Assembly: GCA_963796965.1 (NCBI GenBank)
Contig: CAWCNS010000012.1
Location: 32,001-96,000 of the forward strand
Length of the DNA stretch: 64,000 nt
From: Calditrichia bacterium
GTDB lineage: Bacteria; Calditrichota; Calditrichia; JAJRVZ01
Direction of reading: 5' to 3'
The stretch's first letter is position 1. Each line of letters starts with the position of its first letter. A program made the translations under genes and the position numbers. Positions 1 to 11,581 of the stretch are shown here, piece after piece. The notes beneath the pieces were generated by a model. The model was given only the letters and a program-made list of their open reading frames with translations, did no database searches and was not told the origin of the DNA.

Positions 1-756
1 AAAGTTAGAGATGAAGAATATCTAACCCAGGGCTTTACTTTAAAGAACCCCCTCAAATTACATATATATGCTTTAGGGGAGGGCAGAGATGGTGATATGT
101 TTGATTACGGTTGGATCATCGATGTAAAAACCCGCGAAAAAGTTTGGGAGATGAAATACCGTGATACTGAACCAGCTGGTGGAACCAGTAAAAACAGAAT
201 GTTTGACGGTATTGTGAGAATGGAGCCGGGAAATTACATGGTCTATTATATCACGGATGGTTCCCATTCATATCGTGACTGGAATGAATCACCACCTTAT
301 GATCAAAAGAATTGGGGCTTATCCATTTTTGTATTGGATGACACGTATCAGGATGGAGATGTTGTACCCTATGAACCTGGTGAAGATGCTTCGATTCTGG
401 CTCAAATCGTTAGAATTCACGATAATGCCCGGAAAAAATCACATTTTAGCCTTGAAAGTGATGGATATGTACAGATCTACGCCATTGGAGAAGGTTCTGG
501 TGGAGATATGTATGATTACGCCTGGGTAGAGGATTCCAATACGGGCCGTGTAGTATGGGAAATGACCTATCGCAAAACAGATCGCGCCGGTGGTGCTAAG
601 AAAAACCGCCTGTTTGATGACCGTGTACATCTTGAAGCCGGAGACTATACGGTCTATTATGAATCTGATGATTCCCATTCATTTAATGACTGGAATGCTC
701 GCCCTCCAAGAGATCCTTTCAACTGGGGAGTGACTATTTCCAGAGTGGAAGACTAA
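1..756 (+). CDS. 5'-truncated uncharacterised protein with tandem ~105-aa Trp/Tyr-rich repeats
   Basis: Frame open from base 1 (KVRDEEYLTQGF...). Two copies of YAxGEG..GDMxDYxW...VWEMxYRxT..AGG..KNRxFD....GxYxVYYxxDxSHSxxDWN..PP.D..NWG. Confidence 0.8.
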   Translation, partial: KVRDEEYLTQGFTLKNPLKLHIYALGEGRDGDMFDYGWIIDVKTREKVWEMKYRDTEPAGGTSKNRMFDGIVRMEPGNYMVYYITDGSHSYRDWNESPPYDQKNWGLSIFVLDDTYQDGDVVPYEPGEDASILAQIVRIHDNARKKSHFSLESDGYVQIYAIGEGSGGDMYDYAWVEDSNTGRVVWEMTYRKTDRAGGAKKNRLFDDRVHLEAGDYTVYYESDDSHSFNDWNARPPRDPFNWGVTISRVED

Positions 757-776
757 TTTAAATTTAAAGAGTTATA

Positions 777-836
777 AAAGCGGTAACTGGAACCAAAAAA
801 AACACAAAAAAAATGGTGCCGGTTACCGTTTTTTTT
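777..836 (+). terminator. Intrinsic terminator-like hairpin with a long A-rich loop
   Basis: cggtaactggaacca / tggtgccggttaccg stem followed by a T-run. Confidence 0.6.
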
Positions 837-1094
837 ATTAGCCACTAATAGAATCAATTACGACTTCAACATCCATATATCAGTGTATATTCGCTTACAA
901 TATTTACTGTATTAAGTTGACTCCCTTCTCGATATTACATAATTTTTTGAAATACAAAGTTCTTGTGTTTCAATTAGCCTGTTTACTTCATAAATTGTAG
1001 ATTCATCAATTACCACCAGTTAGGTTTCACTTTAGTAAGGGCTGTTGTTGCAGTTTAGGTTGTTATTAGTCAAAACTGAATTTATTCTGTCAAT

Positions 1095-1140
1095 TAAGCA
1101 AAATCTATTCCCCCTTAGAAAGGGGGCTAGGGGGATGTAA
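1095..1140. repeat. ~45-bp REP-like repeat (near-identical copy at 5168-5212)
   Basis: taagcaaaatctattccccctt...aaggggg.taggggggatgtaa-type sequence at both sites. Confidence 0.85.
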
Positions 1141-1190
1141 AGAATTGATATATACCAAAATCTAATAATATTTGAATGAGAGAGGTAACC

Positions 1191-1523
1191 ATGGAAACTT
1201 ACTATGACCCAATGGACTTGGATAAATTTTCTGATATTGGAAAAAATGTACCTGAATTGTGGAAAAAATTTAGTGAATGGTACGGCCATATTTTTAAAGC
1301 CGGTGCATTAACAGAAAGAGAAAAATCACTCATCGCTTTAGCGGTGTCACATGCAATTCAATGCCCATACTGTATTGATGCGTATGCCCAGGATTGCCTG
1401 GAAAAGGGAAGTAACCCCGATCAGATGACTGAAGCGGTACACGTTGCCGCTGCCATCCGGGGTGGGGCATCGCTTGTCCATGGCGTTCAGATGAGAAATG
1501 TAATTGACAAACTATCGATGTAG
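1191..1523 (+). CDS. AhpD/carboxymuconolactone decarboxylase-family protein (ArsS-associated peroxidase-like)
   Basis: REKSLIALAV..CPYCID motif; gaggt SD; directly upstream of ArsS-type radical SAM gene. Confidence 0.85.
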   Translation: METYYDPMDLDKFSDIGKNVPELWKKFSEWYGHIFKAGALTEREKSLIALAVSHAIQCPYCIDAYAQDCLEKGSNPDQMTEAVHVAAAIRGGASLVHGVQMRNVIDKLSM

Positions 1524-1534
1524 GGGAGAAAAAA

Positions 1535-2572
1535 TTGGAAGAGAGTCTCATTATTAAGGATGATTTATCCCGAGATGTAAAGGAACAGTTAAAGATCATC
1601 AATAATAAAAGTAAAATTGAACTATTTGACGAAGAGTTAGATAAATCAGGATTATTCCCATTGACAGCGCAAGGAATAGAGGTTCTGCAGGTAAACCTGG
1701 GGAAGATGTGCAATCAAACATGTAAACACTGTCATGTTGATGCCGGTCCCCATCGCAAAGAGATAATGACCAGGGAGATTATGGAATATTGTCTTAAAGC
1801 CCTGGATGAGACTAAAATTCCTGTTGTCGATTTAACAGGCGGAGCGCCGGAAATGAATCCCGATTTTAAATGGTTTGTCTCGGCCATTAAAGAGCGCAAT
1901 CGGCATATTATTGTTCGCTCCAATCTCACTATTCTGGTTGCAAAACCATTTAGTGATTATCCGGGATTTTTTAAAGAAAATAATGTAGAAGTTGTCTCCT
2001 CTTTACCTTACTTCTTAGAAGACAGGACTGATATTCAGAGGGGAACAGGTGTATTTAAAAAATCTATCGAGGCTCTTAAAAAATTAAATGACCTTGGCTA
2101 TGGCCAACCCAATACAGGACTCATATTAAATCTTGTATATAATCCAACAGGTGCCTTTCTGCCACCTTCCCAGGCTTCTATTGAGGAAGAATATAAAGGT
2201 GAACTAAAATCCCGACATGGTGTTGTCTTCAATAATCTATTTACGATAACCAATATGCCAATAAGCCGTTTCCTGGTCTATCTGATCCATTCTGGAAATT
2301 ATGATCGTTATATGAAAAAACTTCATAGCTCTTACAATTCCGGAGCAGCGGCAAATGTTATGTGTCGTACAATATTGTCTGTAAGTTGGGATGGCAATCT
2401 TTATGATTGTGATTTTAACCAGATGCTCGGCCTGACAGTTAATCATGGTGCCCCTTTTCATATCACAGATTTTGATTTTACCCAACTTTCACAAAGGCGA
2501 ATTGTCACAGGACAACATTGCTATGGCTGTACAGCTGGCGCCGGTTCCAGCTGCGGCGGCGCAATCGCTTGA
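1535..2572 (+). CDS. arsS: Radical SAM protein with Cys-rich C-terminus, ArsS (arsenosugar biosynthesis) family
   Basis: CNQTCKHC motif, DLTGGAPE, YDCDFNQML, C-terminal HCYGCTAGAGSSCGG. Confidence 0.8.
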   Translation: MEESLIIKDDLSRDVKEQLKIINNKSKIELFDEELDKSGLFPLTAQGIEVLQVNLGKMCNQTCKHCHVDAGPHRKEIMTREIMEYCLKALDETKIPVVDLTGGAPEMNPDFKWFVSAIKERNRHIIVRSNLTILVAKPFSDYPGFFKENNVEVVSSLPYFLEDRTDIQRGTGVFKKSIEALKKLNDLGYGQPNTGLILNLVYNPTGAFLPPSQASIEEEYKGELKSRHGVVFNNLFTITNMPISRFLVYLIHSGNYDRYMKKLHSSYNSGAAANVMCRTILSVSWDGNLYDCDFNQMLGLTVNHGAPFHITDFDFTQLSQRRIVTGQHCYGCTAGAGSSCGGAIA

Positions 2573-2579
2573 TTTTGCT

Positions 2580-2672
2580 GTTCCTCGCTCTACTCTCAAC
2601 GCTCTACGCCCCACGCTCCTCTCTCCACTCTCCACCCTCCACGCTCTCTCGCTCTTCGCCCCACGCTCCCCC
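2580..2672. repeat. Pyrimidine-rich degenerate heptamer tandem repeat (ctctacg/ctccacc)
   Basis: 7-nt periodicity visible; related tracts at 6570-6745, 11690-11910, 16830-16900, 19180-19250. Confidence 0.8.
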
Positions 2673-2751
2673 CTAAAAATTAAACTACAAGTTGGATAAA
2701 AATTTTTGTAAAATATAGTTTGTCATAAATACAGAATGTTGAGAGGAAAGA

Positions 2752-3672
2752 ATGGAACAAAAAGCAGAACACTTGGAACGCCCGTTAGTTGAAACAATGG
2801 ATGAAATATTGGGCAAACCATTTAAGGTGCTGGATGATGGATTTGTAAGGGTCGTTGATTATCTCGGAAATGATTCATCAATCGTCCAGGCAGCCAGAGT
2901 ATCTTATGGTAAAGGGACTAAACAGGTGAGGCAGGATAGGGGATTAATACGATACCTGCTTCGTCATCGTCATACAACGCCTTTTGAAATGTGTGAAATA
3001 AAATTGCATGTCCGTGTTCCAATGGATTGCTGGCGTCAATGGATTCGCCACCGGACAGCGAGTATTAATGAGTATTCTACAAGATATTCCATCGCCGTTG
3101 ACGCCACTCAGACGACTGAGCCGGATGAATGGCGGATGCAAGCCGTGCGAAATAGACAGGGAAGCGAAGGCGTTCTGGATATTGTAAAGGGTAAAGAACT
3201 CACAAACCAGGAACGCGACCTGCAGGATCTTACCCGTAAGATATATAACGAGAGACTGGATATTGGAGTTGCCCGCGAACAAGCCAGAAAGGATTTACTA
3301 CTTTCTACATATACTGAAGCCTACTGGAAGATTGATCTCCATAATCTTTTACATTTCCTGCAATTACGAATGGAGGAAAATGCCCAGTATGAGATTCGCT
3401 GTTATGCCAATACAATTGGTGAAGAAATCGTAAAACGCTGGTGTCCTGTAACCTGGGAAGCCTTTATGGATTACCGGGTAAATTCATTAGAATTTTCCCG
3501 GCTCGAGCAAAAAGTCGTTTCTGCCTTAGCCAGTGGAAGTCCGAAAGATGCGGTTGCGGTTGCTACTGATCTGGATTGGCTCAAATATGAAGAAGGCAAA
3601 TTAAAAGACAATATCGAACGTGCCGAGTTTGAAGATAAATTAAAATTATTAGGTTTAAAAATTCCGTGGTAG
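2752..3672 (+). CDS. thyX: FAD-dependent thymidylate synthase
   Basis: AARVSY, HTTPFE, RHRTASINEYSTRY motif. Confidence 0.95.
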   Translation: MEQKAEHLERPLVETMDEILGKPFKVLDDGFVRVVDYLGNDSSIVQAARVSYGKGTKQVRQDRGLIRYLLRHRHTTPFEMCEIKLHVRVPMDCWRQWIRHRTASINEYSTRYSIAVDATQTTEPDEWRMQAVRNRQGSEGVLDIVKGKELTNQERDLQDLTRKIYNERLDIGVAREQARKDLLLSTYTEAYWKIDLHNLLHFLQLRMEENAQYEIRCYANTIGEEIVKRWCPVTWEAFMDYRVNSLEFSRLEQKVVSALASGSPKDAVAVATDLDWLKYEEGKLKDNIERAEFEDKLKLLGLKIPW

Positions 3673-3938
3673 TAATTCCAAATAGGTGTACTGTATAAAT
3701 CTCAATGGGCCACGGATAACGACTCGTCAGAACGAAGCCAGGCAGGATTTAGCGAGATTTACACAGATCATAAATTTAGTGCTTTCTTAAAATGATTTTT
3801 GCTATAAATTAAAATACTATTATTCTGAATCCCCTTCTCATCTTTAAGAGAAGGGGACTCCATAATAATTAGATCACTGTCATTTTATGAAATCCTTATC
3901 ATCCTTGGTCAATTCGATATTATTTAAATGGAGATATT

Positions 3939-4987
3939 ATGTCAATCAATGCAACAACACTCAAACAAACTTATGATCAGATGGCCCGGAAACTGGATCA
4001 TCTGGTCCCTGAGATAGAGATTAAATATAAAGCAGAACTGGCCTTTGAAATCAATCGTCTCAAAAAGGAGCGAGGGGCCATTATTCTCGGACATAATTAT
4101 ATGGAACCCGCTTTATATATTTCTGTGCCTGACATTGTTGGTGATTCACTGGAGTTGGCCCGCGCTGCAGCTGACACGGCTGCAGAGATAATTGTATTTT
4201 GTGGTGTGAGATTTATGGCCGAAACGGCTAAGATACTCAGTCCTGAAAAATTAGTTCTTTTACCGGCAAAAAAGGCTGGTTGTTCTCTTGCTGAAAGTAT
4301 TACTGCAGAAGATGTACGTAATCTGAAGAAGCAATTTCCCGGTGTTCCTGTTATTACCTATGTAAATACCTATGCCGATGTTAAAGCCGAGACAGATATC
4401 TGCTGTACATCGGGCAATGCGGTCCGTGTTGTCGATTCGGTTGATAGCGATGTGGTAATTTTCTTACCCGATGAATACTTGGCCCTGAATGTTGCCCGTG
4501 AGACCAATAAGAAAATTATATTTCCTTCAAAAGAGCAAAGTCTTCTTCATTGGACAATCTGAATTATGAATTAATCGGTTGGCATGGAAAATGTGAAGTA
4601 CATGAACAATTTAAAGTTGAAGATATTGAAAATGCGAGAAAACAATTTCCGGATGTGCTCGTTCTCAGTCATCCGGAATGCAGTCCCGAGATTGTTGCTG
4701 CTTCAGATTATTCGGGAAGTACATCGAAGATGATTGATTATGTCAAGAATTCGGAGCTCCGAGATATTTGTTGTTAACAGAATGTAGTATGGGTGATAAT
4801 ATTATTGCAGAAAATCCGCGATAAAGAAATGGTCCGGATCTGCAATATTCGTTGTCCACATATGAATGAGATTACCCTGGAAGATACCTTAGAAGCGCTG
4901 AGAAAGGATCAATATCCTGTAGAAGTCCCGGAGGAAATTCGCATAAAAGCTAAATCATCCATCGACAGAATGCTGGAAATTGGTTGA
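3939..4987 (+). CDS. nadA: Quinolinate synthase A (frameshifts near 4550, 4752, 4818)
   Basis: [35 protein letters not shown] (alternate frame), CPHMN. Confidence 0.9.
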
Positions 4988-5059
4988 AATGTAATTGATT
5001 ACAAATATTGAAAATAATAAATGCTGGTTTAAAAGAAAAATCTAAAACTTTTTGATGAA

Positions 5060-5130
5060 ACCCCTTCTCATCTGTAAAAGGGTCCAGTCCCTCTATTTCA
5101 AGAGAGGGATTTAGGGTGAGTTCTTTAAAT
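5060..5130. repeat. REP-like double hairpin (ccccttctc...gagagggatttagggtgagtt); relatives at 3829-3860 and 13835-13950
   Basis: Shared ccccttctc(a)t, agtccctct and agggtgagttctttaaat segments. Confidence 0.7.
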
Positions 5131-5325
5131 AAGACCGATCAAAATAATTAATATTGAAAATATAAAATAAGCAAAATCTATTCCCCCTTTGAAGGGGGTT
5201 AGGGGGATGTAAACTTTCTGTAATTATATAAAAACAATATCCTATTCCCGTTGCGTCGCAGCGGCGCTGTGTGAAAATATTTAAACATTCAATTTTACTT
5301 TTATCAAATCAGGATCATATCAAAA

Positions 5326-6568
5326 ATGAATATATATGCTATCATTATCTTAATCACAATGCTAACCGGTTACCTGCTCGACCTCATTACCAATTGGTTG
5401 AACATTAAACATCTCAAACTGGAACTGCCAGGCGAATTTGAAGAAACCTATGATCAAAAGGCCTATAAAAATTCACAGTCCTATACACGTGTTTATACCA
5501 AGTTTGGATACCTGACGTCCACTTTTAGTCTGGTTTTAACCCTTGTCTTTTGGTTTTCGGGCGGTTTCAATTATCTTGATCTGATTGTACGAAACTGGGA
5601 ATTAGGCGCCATTGGTACAGGTCTTGCCTACATGGCTATATTAGTTATCCTGAAGTCTGTTTTTTCTTTACCCTTCAGTATATACACCACATTTGTTATT
5701 GAGGAAAAATTTGGATTTAACAAAACAACACCCAAAACATTTATTTTGGATATTTTAAAGGGATTATTTCTAGGCGTCTTGCTCGGCGGTCCTCTTCTTG
5801 CTGGATTGCTCTATTTCTTTCAATCATTGGGTTCATATGCCTGGGTATACGCCTGGATTGCAACGACATTATTCTCATTGATTGTCCAGTTTATTGCACC
5901 GACCTGGATTATGCCATTGTTTAATAAATTTATTCCCTTAGAAGCAGGAGAGTCTAAAAAACGCCATACTAGAATATGCAAAAAGATCAAAATTTCCCTT
6001 AAAAGGTGTCTTTGTGATGGATGGTTCAAAACGATCCAGCAAATCGAATGCTTTTTTTACCGGTTTTGGCAAAAATAAACGCATTGTCCTTTTCGACACA
6101 TTAATCAAAAATCATTCTATCGGTGAGTTAGTATCCGTTCTTGCTCATGAAGTAGGGCATTACAAAAAGAGACATATCATTAAAAGCATGGTCATTAGTA
6201 TTCTCCATATGGGATTGGTATTTTATCTTTTATCGATTTTTCTTACGCATCCGGGTCTGTTTTATGCTTTTCAAATGGAGAATATGTCCGTTTATGCCGG
6301 TTTAATATTTTTTAGTATGCTCTATAGCCCAATTGAAATGATTCTTTCGGTTATCATGCAAATCTTTTCCCGAAAAAATGAATATGAAGCGGATGCGTTT
6401 GCCGTGAAAACAACGGATGATCGGGAAAATATGATCACAGCGCTTAAAAAACTCTCTCTTGACAATCTATCCAATTTGACGCCTCATCCTCTTTACGTTT
6501 TTCTGAACTACTCTCATCCACCTGTGCTAAAACGGATTGAAGCCATACGGAAGTTCAGTAAAGCGTAA
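5326..6568 (+). CDS. M48 family (Ste24-like) membrane zinc metallopeptidase; frameshift near 5950
   Basis: IEEKFGFNK, MDGSKRS, HEVGH, EYEAD, HPP; two overlapping ORFs join. Confidence 0.9.
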
Positions 6569-6991
6569 AGTGTAGAGGGTGGAGCGTAGAGAGTTGCTCG
6601 CGAAGCGATAATGAAGAGTGATGGGAGAAGAGAGAAGAGGCATGAGCTCTTTCTCTACGCTCTCCGCTTTGCGCTCCTCTCTCCTCTCACATCTCTCAAC
6701 TCTCTACTCATTCTCCACCCTCTACGAATAATCCTCATCACTCCACGTGGAAAAATTCCCATCTTAGCAAAAAATTATATAGAGTTTTTGCAATTATAGG
6801 AATCATAAATATTCCTTGAAGGAGGTACCTCTATGATTAAACTCATGTAAAGTATTGTTATTTAATGAAATATATGGTTTGTAAATAAAAGGGAAATGAT
6901 TGGCATGATTATTGACAATTATTGCCTAAGGAATTTTCATACCAAGGAAGGTATTTGATTTATCTGTGGAAAGCGATCGTGTCGCTTTCGG

Positions 6992-7021
6992 AAAAGCCGG
7001 ATTTTTAATCCGGCTTTTTTT
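6992..7021 (+). terminator. Intrinsic terminator, possibly bidirectional
   Basis: aaaagccggat-N5-atccggctttttttt. Confidence 0.75.
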
Positions 7022-7198
7022 GTTATTTCAATTCTAAATCTCTTTTTTCTATATTTATAACCGTTTCAGATAATTTCCCATAAGAAATGTTTCTATTATT
7101 GCTGATTGAAAAATTATTTATCTCGCTGAGCCGCCGCGACGCTGCGAGAAGCAAATTTGGATTTAGATATGAATAGTAAATGTCAAGGAGATCAGTCT

Positions 7199-8248
7199 AT
7201 GCCCAAGATGAAATCCCTGGTAAAAAAGTATGACAAAGAAGGTCTCTGGCTTGATGAAGTACCTATCCCCGAATATGGTATTAATGACGTCCTCATAAAG
7301 ATAAAAAAAACGTCAATCTGTGGCACAGATGTCCATATTTACAACTGGGATAATTGGGCGCAAAAGACGATTGAGACACCAATGGTAATTGGGCATGAAT
7401 ATGTCGGTACCATTGAAGCCGTTGGCAGCAATGTCCACGACTTTTATAAAGGTGAGTTAGTTAGTGGGGAGGGACATCTCACTTGTGGTCATTGTCGCAA
7501 TTGTCTGGCCGGCAGACGACATCTTTGTCGTAATACCACGGGTGTCGGAGTGAATCGTGATGGCGCTTTTGCGGAATATCTTGTAATCCCGGCCAGTAAT
7601 GTATGGGTCTGCGATCCTAAGATAGAAGAAGATGTACTCTCAATTTTTGATCCCTTTGGCAATGCCGTTCATACTGCTTTATCATTTGAAATTCTCGGTG
7701 AAGATGTCCTCATAACCGGAGCCGGCCCCATTGGCATTATGGCCACTGCTGTTGCCAGGCATGCTGGTGCAAGAAATATAGTCGTAACCGATATCAATCC
7801 CTATCGCCTTTCTCTGGCGGATAAACTCGGGGCAACCCGTGTGGTTGATGTTAATAAGGAAAAACTCGACGAGGTTATGCAGGAATTAAATATGAAAGAA
7901 GGATTTGATATTGGCCTGGAAATGTCTGGTAATGAACAAGCTTTTAATGATATGATTTCACATATGTTTCATGGAGGTAAGATTGCTCTACTTGGTATTC
8001 CGGGTGCGGATATGGTGATTGACTGGAATCATGTCATATTTGATAGTCTAACCATTAAAGGTATTTATGGCCGAAAAATGTTTGAAACCTGGTATAAGAT
8101 GACAGCAATGCTTCAAACGGGTCTTGATATCTCTGATGTCATTACCCATAGATTTGATTTTTCCGATTTTCTGGAAGGCTTTGAATTGATGCGCTCCGGT
8201 AACTCCGGAAAGGTGATTTTGGATTGGTCAGACTATTTAGCCAATTAA
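7199..8248 (+). CDS. tdh: L-threonine 3-dehydrogenase
   Basis: [31 protein letters not shown]; aaggag SD before ATG 7199. Confidence 0.95.
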   Translation: MPKMKSLVKKYDKEGLWLDEVPIPEYGINDVLIKIKKTSICGTDVHIYNWDNWAQKTIETPMVIGHEYVGTIEAVGSNVHDFYKGELVSGEGHLTCGHCRNCLAGRRHLCRNTTGVGVNRDGAFAEYLVIPASNVWVCDPKIEEDVLSIFDPFGNAVHTALSFEILGEDVLITGAGPIGIMATAVARHAGARNIVVTDINPYRLSLADKLGATRVVDVNKEKLDEVMQELNMKEGFDIGLEMSGNEQAFNDMISHMFHGGKIALLGIPGADMVIDWNHVIFDSLTIKGIYGRKMFETWYKMTAMLQTGLDISDVITHRFDFSDFLEGFELMRSGNSGKVILDWSDYLAN

Positions 8249-8259
8249 TTAAAAAAGAC

Positions 8260-8610
8260 TACCACAAAGGTCACAAAGAAGGCACTAAGATCACGAAGAT
8301 TTAATAAGTAATAGCTTTTTGCGAACTTTGTGGTTATCTTTTTATTTCACGCAGAGCCGCAGCGACGCAGAGAAAAGAATTATGTTTTTAGATCTTAATC
8401 AAACGAGAAAAATATTATAGATATTATCTTTTCTTGGTGAACTTTGTGGTTATCTTTTTCTCTCTCCGAACCGCAATAACACAGAGACTACAAAGAGGAG
8501 ATAATGAGAAATAACTTTAGCATAAATAATATCAATAAGATACTCTATGTGCTCTTTCTGTCCCGTAAAGTCTGACGGAGTCGATTTTGTACGGGGTGGT
8601 TATTTTTTTT
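8260..8610. repeat. Three tandem cassettes bounded by inverted 8-9-mer repeat arrays
   Basis: Each begins with cac..ag-type repeats and ends with (ctttg)tggttat(c)ttttt around an AT-rich core. Confidence 0.6.
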
Positions 8611-8640
8611 ACACTACCACTTTTTATGAGAGGATAGGCA

Positions 8641-9825
8641 ATGTATAATAAGATGAAGTCATTCCTTAATGACGAGTTGGCTGCAATCCGTGACGCAGGG
8701 CTTTATAAAGATGAACGTCTTATTCTTAGTCCGCAGGATGCAAAAATAGAAGTTAGTAATGGTAAAGAGGTATTGAATTTTTGTGCTAATAATTATTTGG
8801 GTTTATCATCTCACCCTGAAATTATAAAAGCAGCAAAAGAAAGTTATGATAAATGGGGATATGGATTATCCTCGGTCCGATTTATCTGCGGAACACAGGA
8901 GATCCATAAGGAGCTGGAACTGAAGATATCGGAGTTTCTCGGAATGGAGGACACAATTCTGTATACGTCCTGTTTCGACGCCAATGGAGGTCTGTTCGAG
9001 ACACTTCTCTCCGCAGAAGATGCGATTATCAGCGATGAATTAAATCATGCCAGCATAATCGATGGTGTTCGTCTTTCCAAAGCGCAGCGTTATCGATATA
9101 AAAACAGTGATATGAATGATCTGGAAGCAAAACTTAAAGAGACTTCCGGTGCACGTTTTAGATTGATTGCCACCGATGGCGTTTTTTCTATGGATGGCTA
9201 TATTGCAAAATTAAAAGAAATTTGTGATCTGGCTGATAAATATGATGCCCTGGTCATGGTTGACGACAGCCATGCTGTTGGGTTTATGGGTGAAACAGGG
9301 CGGGGAACCCATGAGTATAATAATGTCATGGATCGGGTTGATATTATTACCGGTACGCTTGGAAAAGCACTCGGAGGCGCCAGTGGTGGTTATACCAGTG
9401 CAAGAAAAGAGATTGTTCAGTTATTACGGCAAAGATCGCGTCCTTATCTTTTTTCAAATACAGTTGCACCGGGAATAGTAGTTGCCTCTCTCAAAGTACT
9501 GGATATTCTTACAACATCAGAACATCTGCGTAAAAAATTGCATGAAAATACAGCCTATTTTAGACAAGAGATGACAGCACGAAAATTTAATATTCTACCA
9601 GGAACCCATCCCATCGTGCCGATCATGCTTGGTGATGCACGAATCGCACAAAATATGGCAGAAAATATGCTCGAAAAGGGTGTTTATGTAATTGGTTTTT
9701 CATTTCCCGTCGTACCAAAAGGGCAAGCACGTATTCGCACACAGATATCCGCGGCTCATAGTAGAGAAGACCTTCAGTTTGCTATAGAAAAATTTACCGA
9801 AGTTAAAAACGAAATGGGGTTGTGA
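8641..9825 (+). CDS. kbl: Glycine C-acetyltransferase (2-amino-3-ketobutyrate CoA ligase)
   Basis: [36 protein letters not shown]. Confidence 0.95.
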   Translation: MYNKMKSFLNDELAAIRDAGLYKDERLILSPQDAKIEVSNGKEVLNFCANNYLGLSSHPEIIKAAKESYDKWGYGLSSVRFICGTQEIHKELELKISEFLGMEDTILYTSCFDANGGLFETLLSAEDAIISDELNHASIIDGVRLSKAQRYRYKNSDMNDLEAKLKETSGARFRLIATDGVFSMDGYIAKLKEICDLADKYDALVMVDDSHAVGFMGETGRGTHEYNNVMDRVDIITGTLGKALGGASGGYTSARKEIVQLLRQRSRPYLFSNTVAPGIVVASLKVLDILTTSEHLRKKLHENTAYFRQEMTARKFNILPGTHPIVPIMLGDARIAQNMAENMLEKGVYVIGFSFPVVPKGQARIRTQISAAHSREDLQFAIEKFTEVKNEMGL

Positions 9826-9887
9826 AACAATTGTATATTATAAATGGATTAAGAATTTACCCTACTTTGTTGATTGTATGTATGTTT

Positions 9888-9913
9888 GTAGAGACGTTCC
9901 GTTGGGACGTCTC
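9888..9913 (+). repeat. GTAG-type REP palindrome; relatives at 13529-13553, 19208-19232, 51071-51096, 63015-63044
   Basis: gta-gagacgttcc-gttg-ggacgtctc and similar GTAG-led hairpins. Confidence 0.75.
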
Positions 9914-10005
9914 AAATTAAATTTATTAATTGTAAAAAATTAAGATTACAGATTACAAATTGCAAATTACAAATTAACAATCACTCTATTAAAAACTCAT
10001 AAATA

Positions 10006-11581
10006 TTGGATTCCGAAAAGTTAAATAAAATTTTCTCAGACAAGCGTTTATTGTTTTGTTTGCTTGTTTTCACTACAGCCATTTCACGGCTTCTGATCAT
10101 AAATGGCAATTATTCTATATTTTCATGGGATGCTGGAAATTTTGCATTGGCGGTTGATTCATTTTCCCTTCAGGAGGGCAGCCCACATCTACCTGGCTAT
10201 TTCCTTCATGTGCAGTTCATTGACCTGCTAACATCAATTACTGGAAATAAATTTGTATCAATGAATTTATTCTCTGTCTTTTATTCTGCGGTGGCTGCAG
10301 GATTTATCTTTCTAATTTCTACCCGATGGCTGACAATTTTTGAATCTGTTCTGATCACACTTCTTGTAATAACAAATCCTCTCGTATGGTATTTTAGTTC
10401 TGTAGCGGAAATCTATTCATTTGATCTGTTTGCTACTGCATTATTTGTATGGATGGGATTATCCCCCTATGCACTGGTTGTGACTCCCTCCCTAATGGCG
10501 TTAATTGCAGGTGTAAGGCCAAGCACGGGTATACTTTTATTTCCCTTATATATTTATTTTTGGCAAATGCATTTTAGAAATAAATCAATTTCGTTAAAGA
10601 CAATCTTGTTTTATCATGCTGGCGCCGTAATTATTCTACTTTCCTGGTTAGCGCCCTTAATAATAATGTCTGGAGGGATTGATGCCTATATCCAATTATA
10701 TAAAACAAATAATCCGGTGGAAAATATCACGATCCTGCAAAAGCTTGTATCGTTTTTCCTCATATATAATCACCATCATCCCAATTGTTCTGATCTTTTT
10801 TATCGCGGCTTTTATTAAAAGAAACAGAGCGCAAAAGTTAGTAGATACTTTAAAGAATGAAATTTTAAACCGTGATTTTTACTTTTTACACTGGTGGTTA
10901 TGGCCACCATTAATCTTTTTTGTATTTGTACATTATTCGAAGGGATATATATTAATTAACATAATTCCTATTCTTATCTTAAGTTTTCTTTTATTAAAAA
11001 ATCAAAATTTAAGGAAGATAATTACAGCAGCCATCGTATTTAGTCAGATTTTGTACTTTTGCTTTTTCCCATACAATAATCCTGATCCCGAAATATATTT
11101 TTCACCTGTTCAAAGACAACTGGACGTGTTCGAAATCTGGTATGAACGGACAACCTCAGAATATCTGATGGGCAGATCCCATATCGTTGCCCTTCAAAAC
11201 TGTCATGATTTTATTTCGGAAGCGGCCGAAAGTGGGGTATTGCATGCAGGTGATAAAAAATATTTATTTGTTGACCCTACGGTAATTGTAAGTCCAAGGG
11301 CGATACAGGCACATTTCCCACAGATGGAGATTACAAAATACCTTTCATCTTCCGCTGACCAGTTTGGTTATCATAATCGACGAATTCAGGAGGCAAGATT
11401 TGGCCTGATCCCGATGTTAAGTGAGGCTATGATTATAAGCCGGCTGGATTTTATTGAGGAATATCTTAACGATATTGATATTGAAATTTTTCGGAAAGAC
11501 AAACACTGGTGTATCTTTTTTATATCAGAGAAAGAATCTCCGAAACTCTCAGCAAGATATAACCAACTCTTTGCACGTTGA
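10006..11581 (+). CDS. Multi-pass membrane protein, GT-C (PMT/DUF2723-like) glycosyltransferase; frameshift near 10740
   Basis: WDAGNFALA..PHLPGY first loop, AEIYSF motif, many TM helices. Confidence 0.6.

Noticed and set aside
2540..2580. Selenocysteine read-through in arsS
   Set aside because: The relevant codon is TGC, and the TGA falls where the family normally ends.
2445..2699. Short ORFs over low-complexity repeats (also 6611-6799, 16683-16949, 50970-51230, 33633-33863) and antisense ORFs inside genes
   Set aside because: They are translations of repeats or shadows of real genes and show no protein motifs.
6820..6850. SD + MIKLM minigene as a tdh leader peptide
   Set aside because: No Thr codons and too far from the terminator to support attenuation.
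8260..8610. CRISPR array
   Set aside because: Repeats are too degenerate and irregular, and there are no cas genes in the window.
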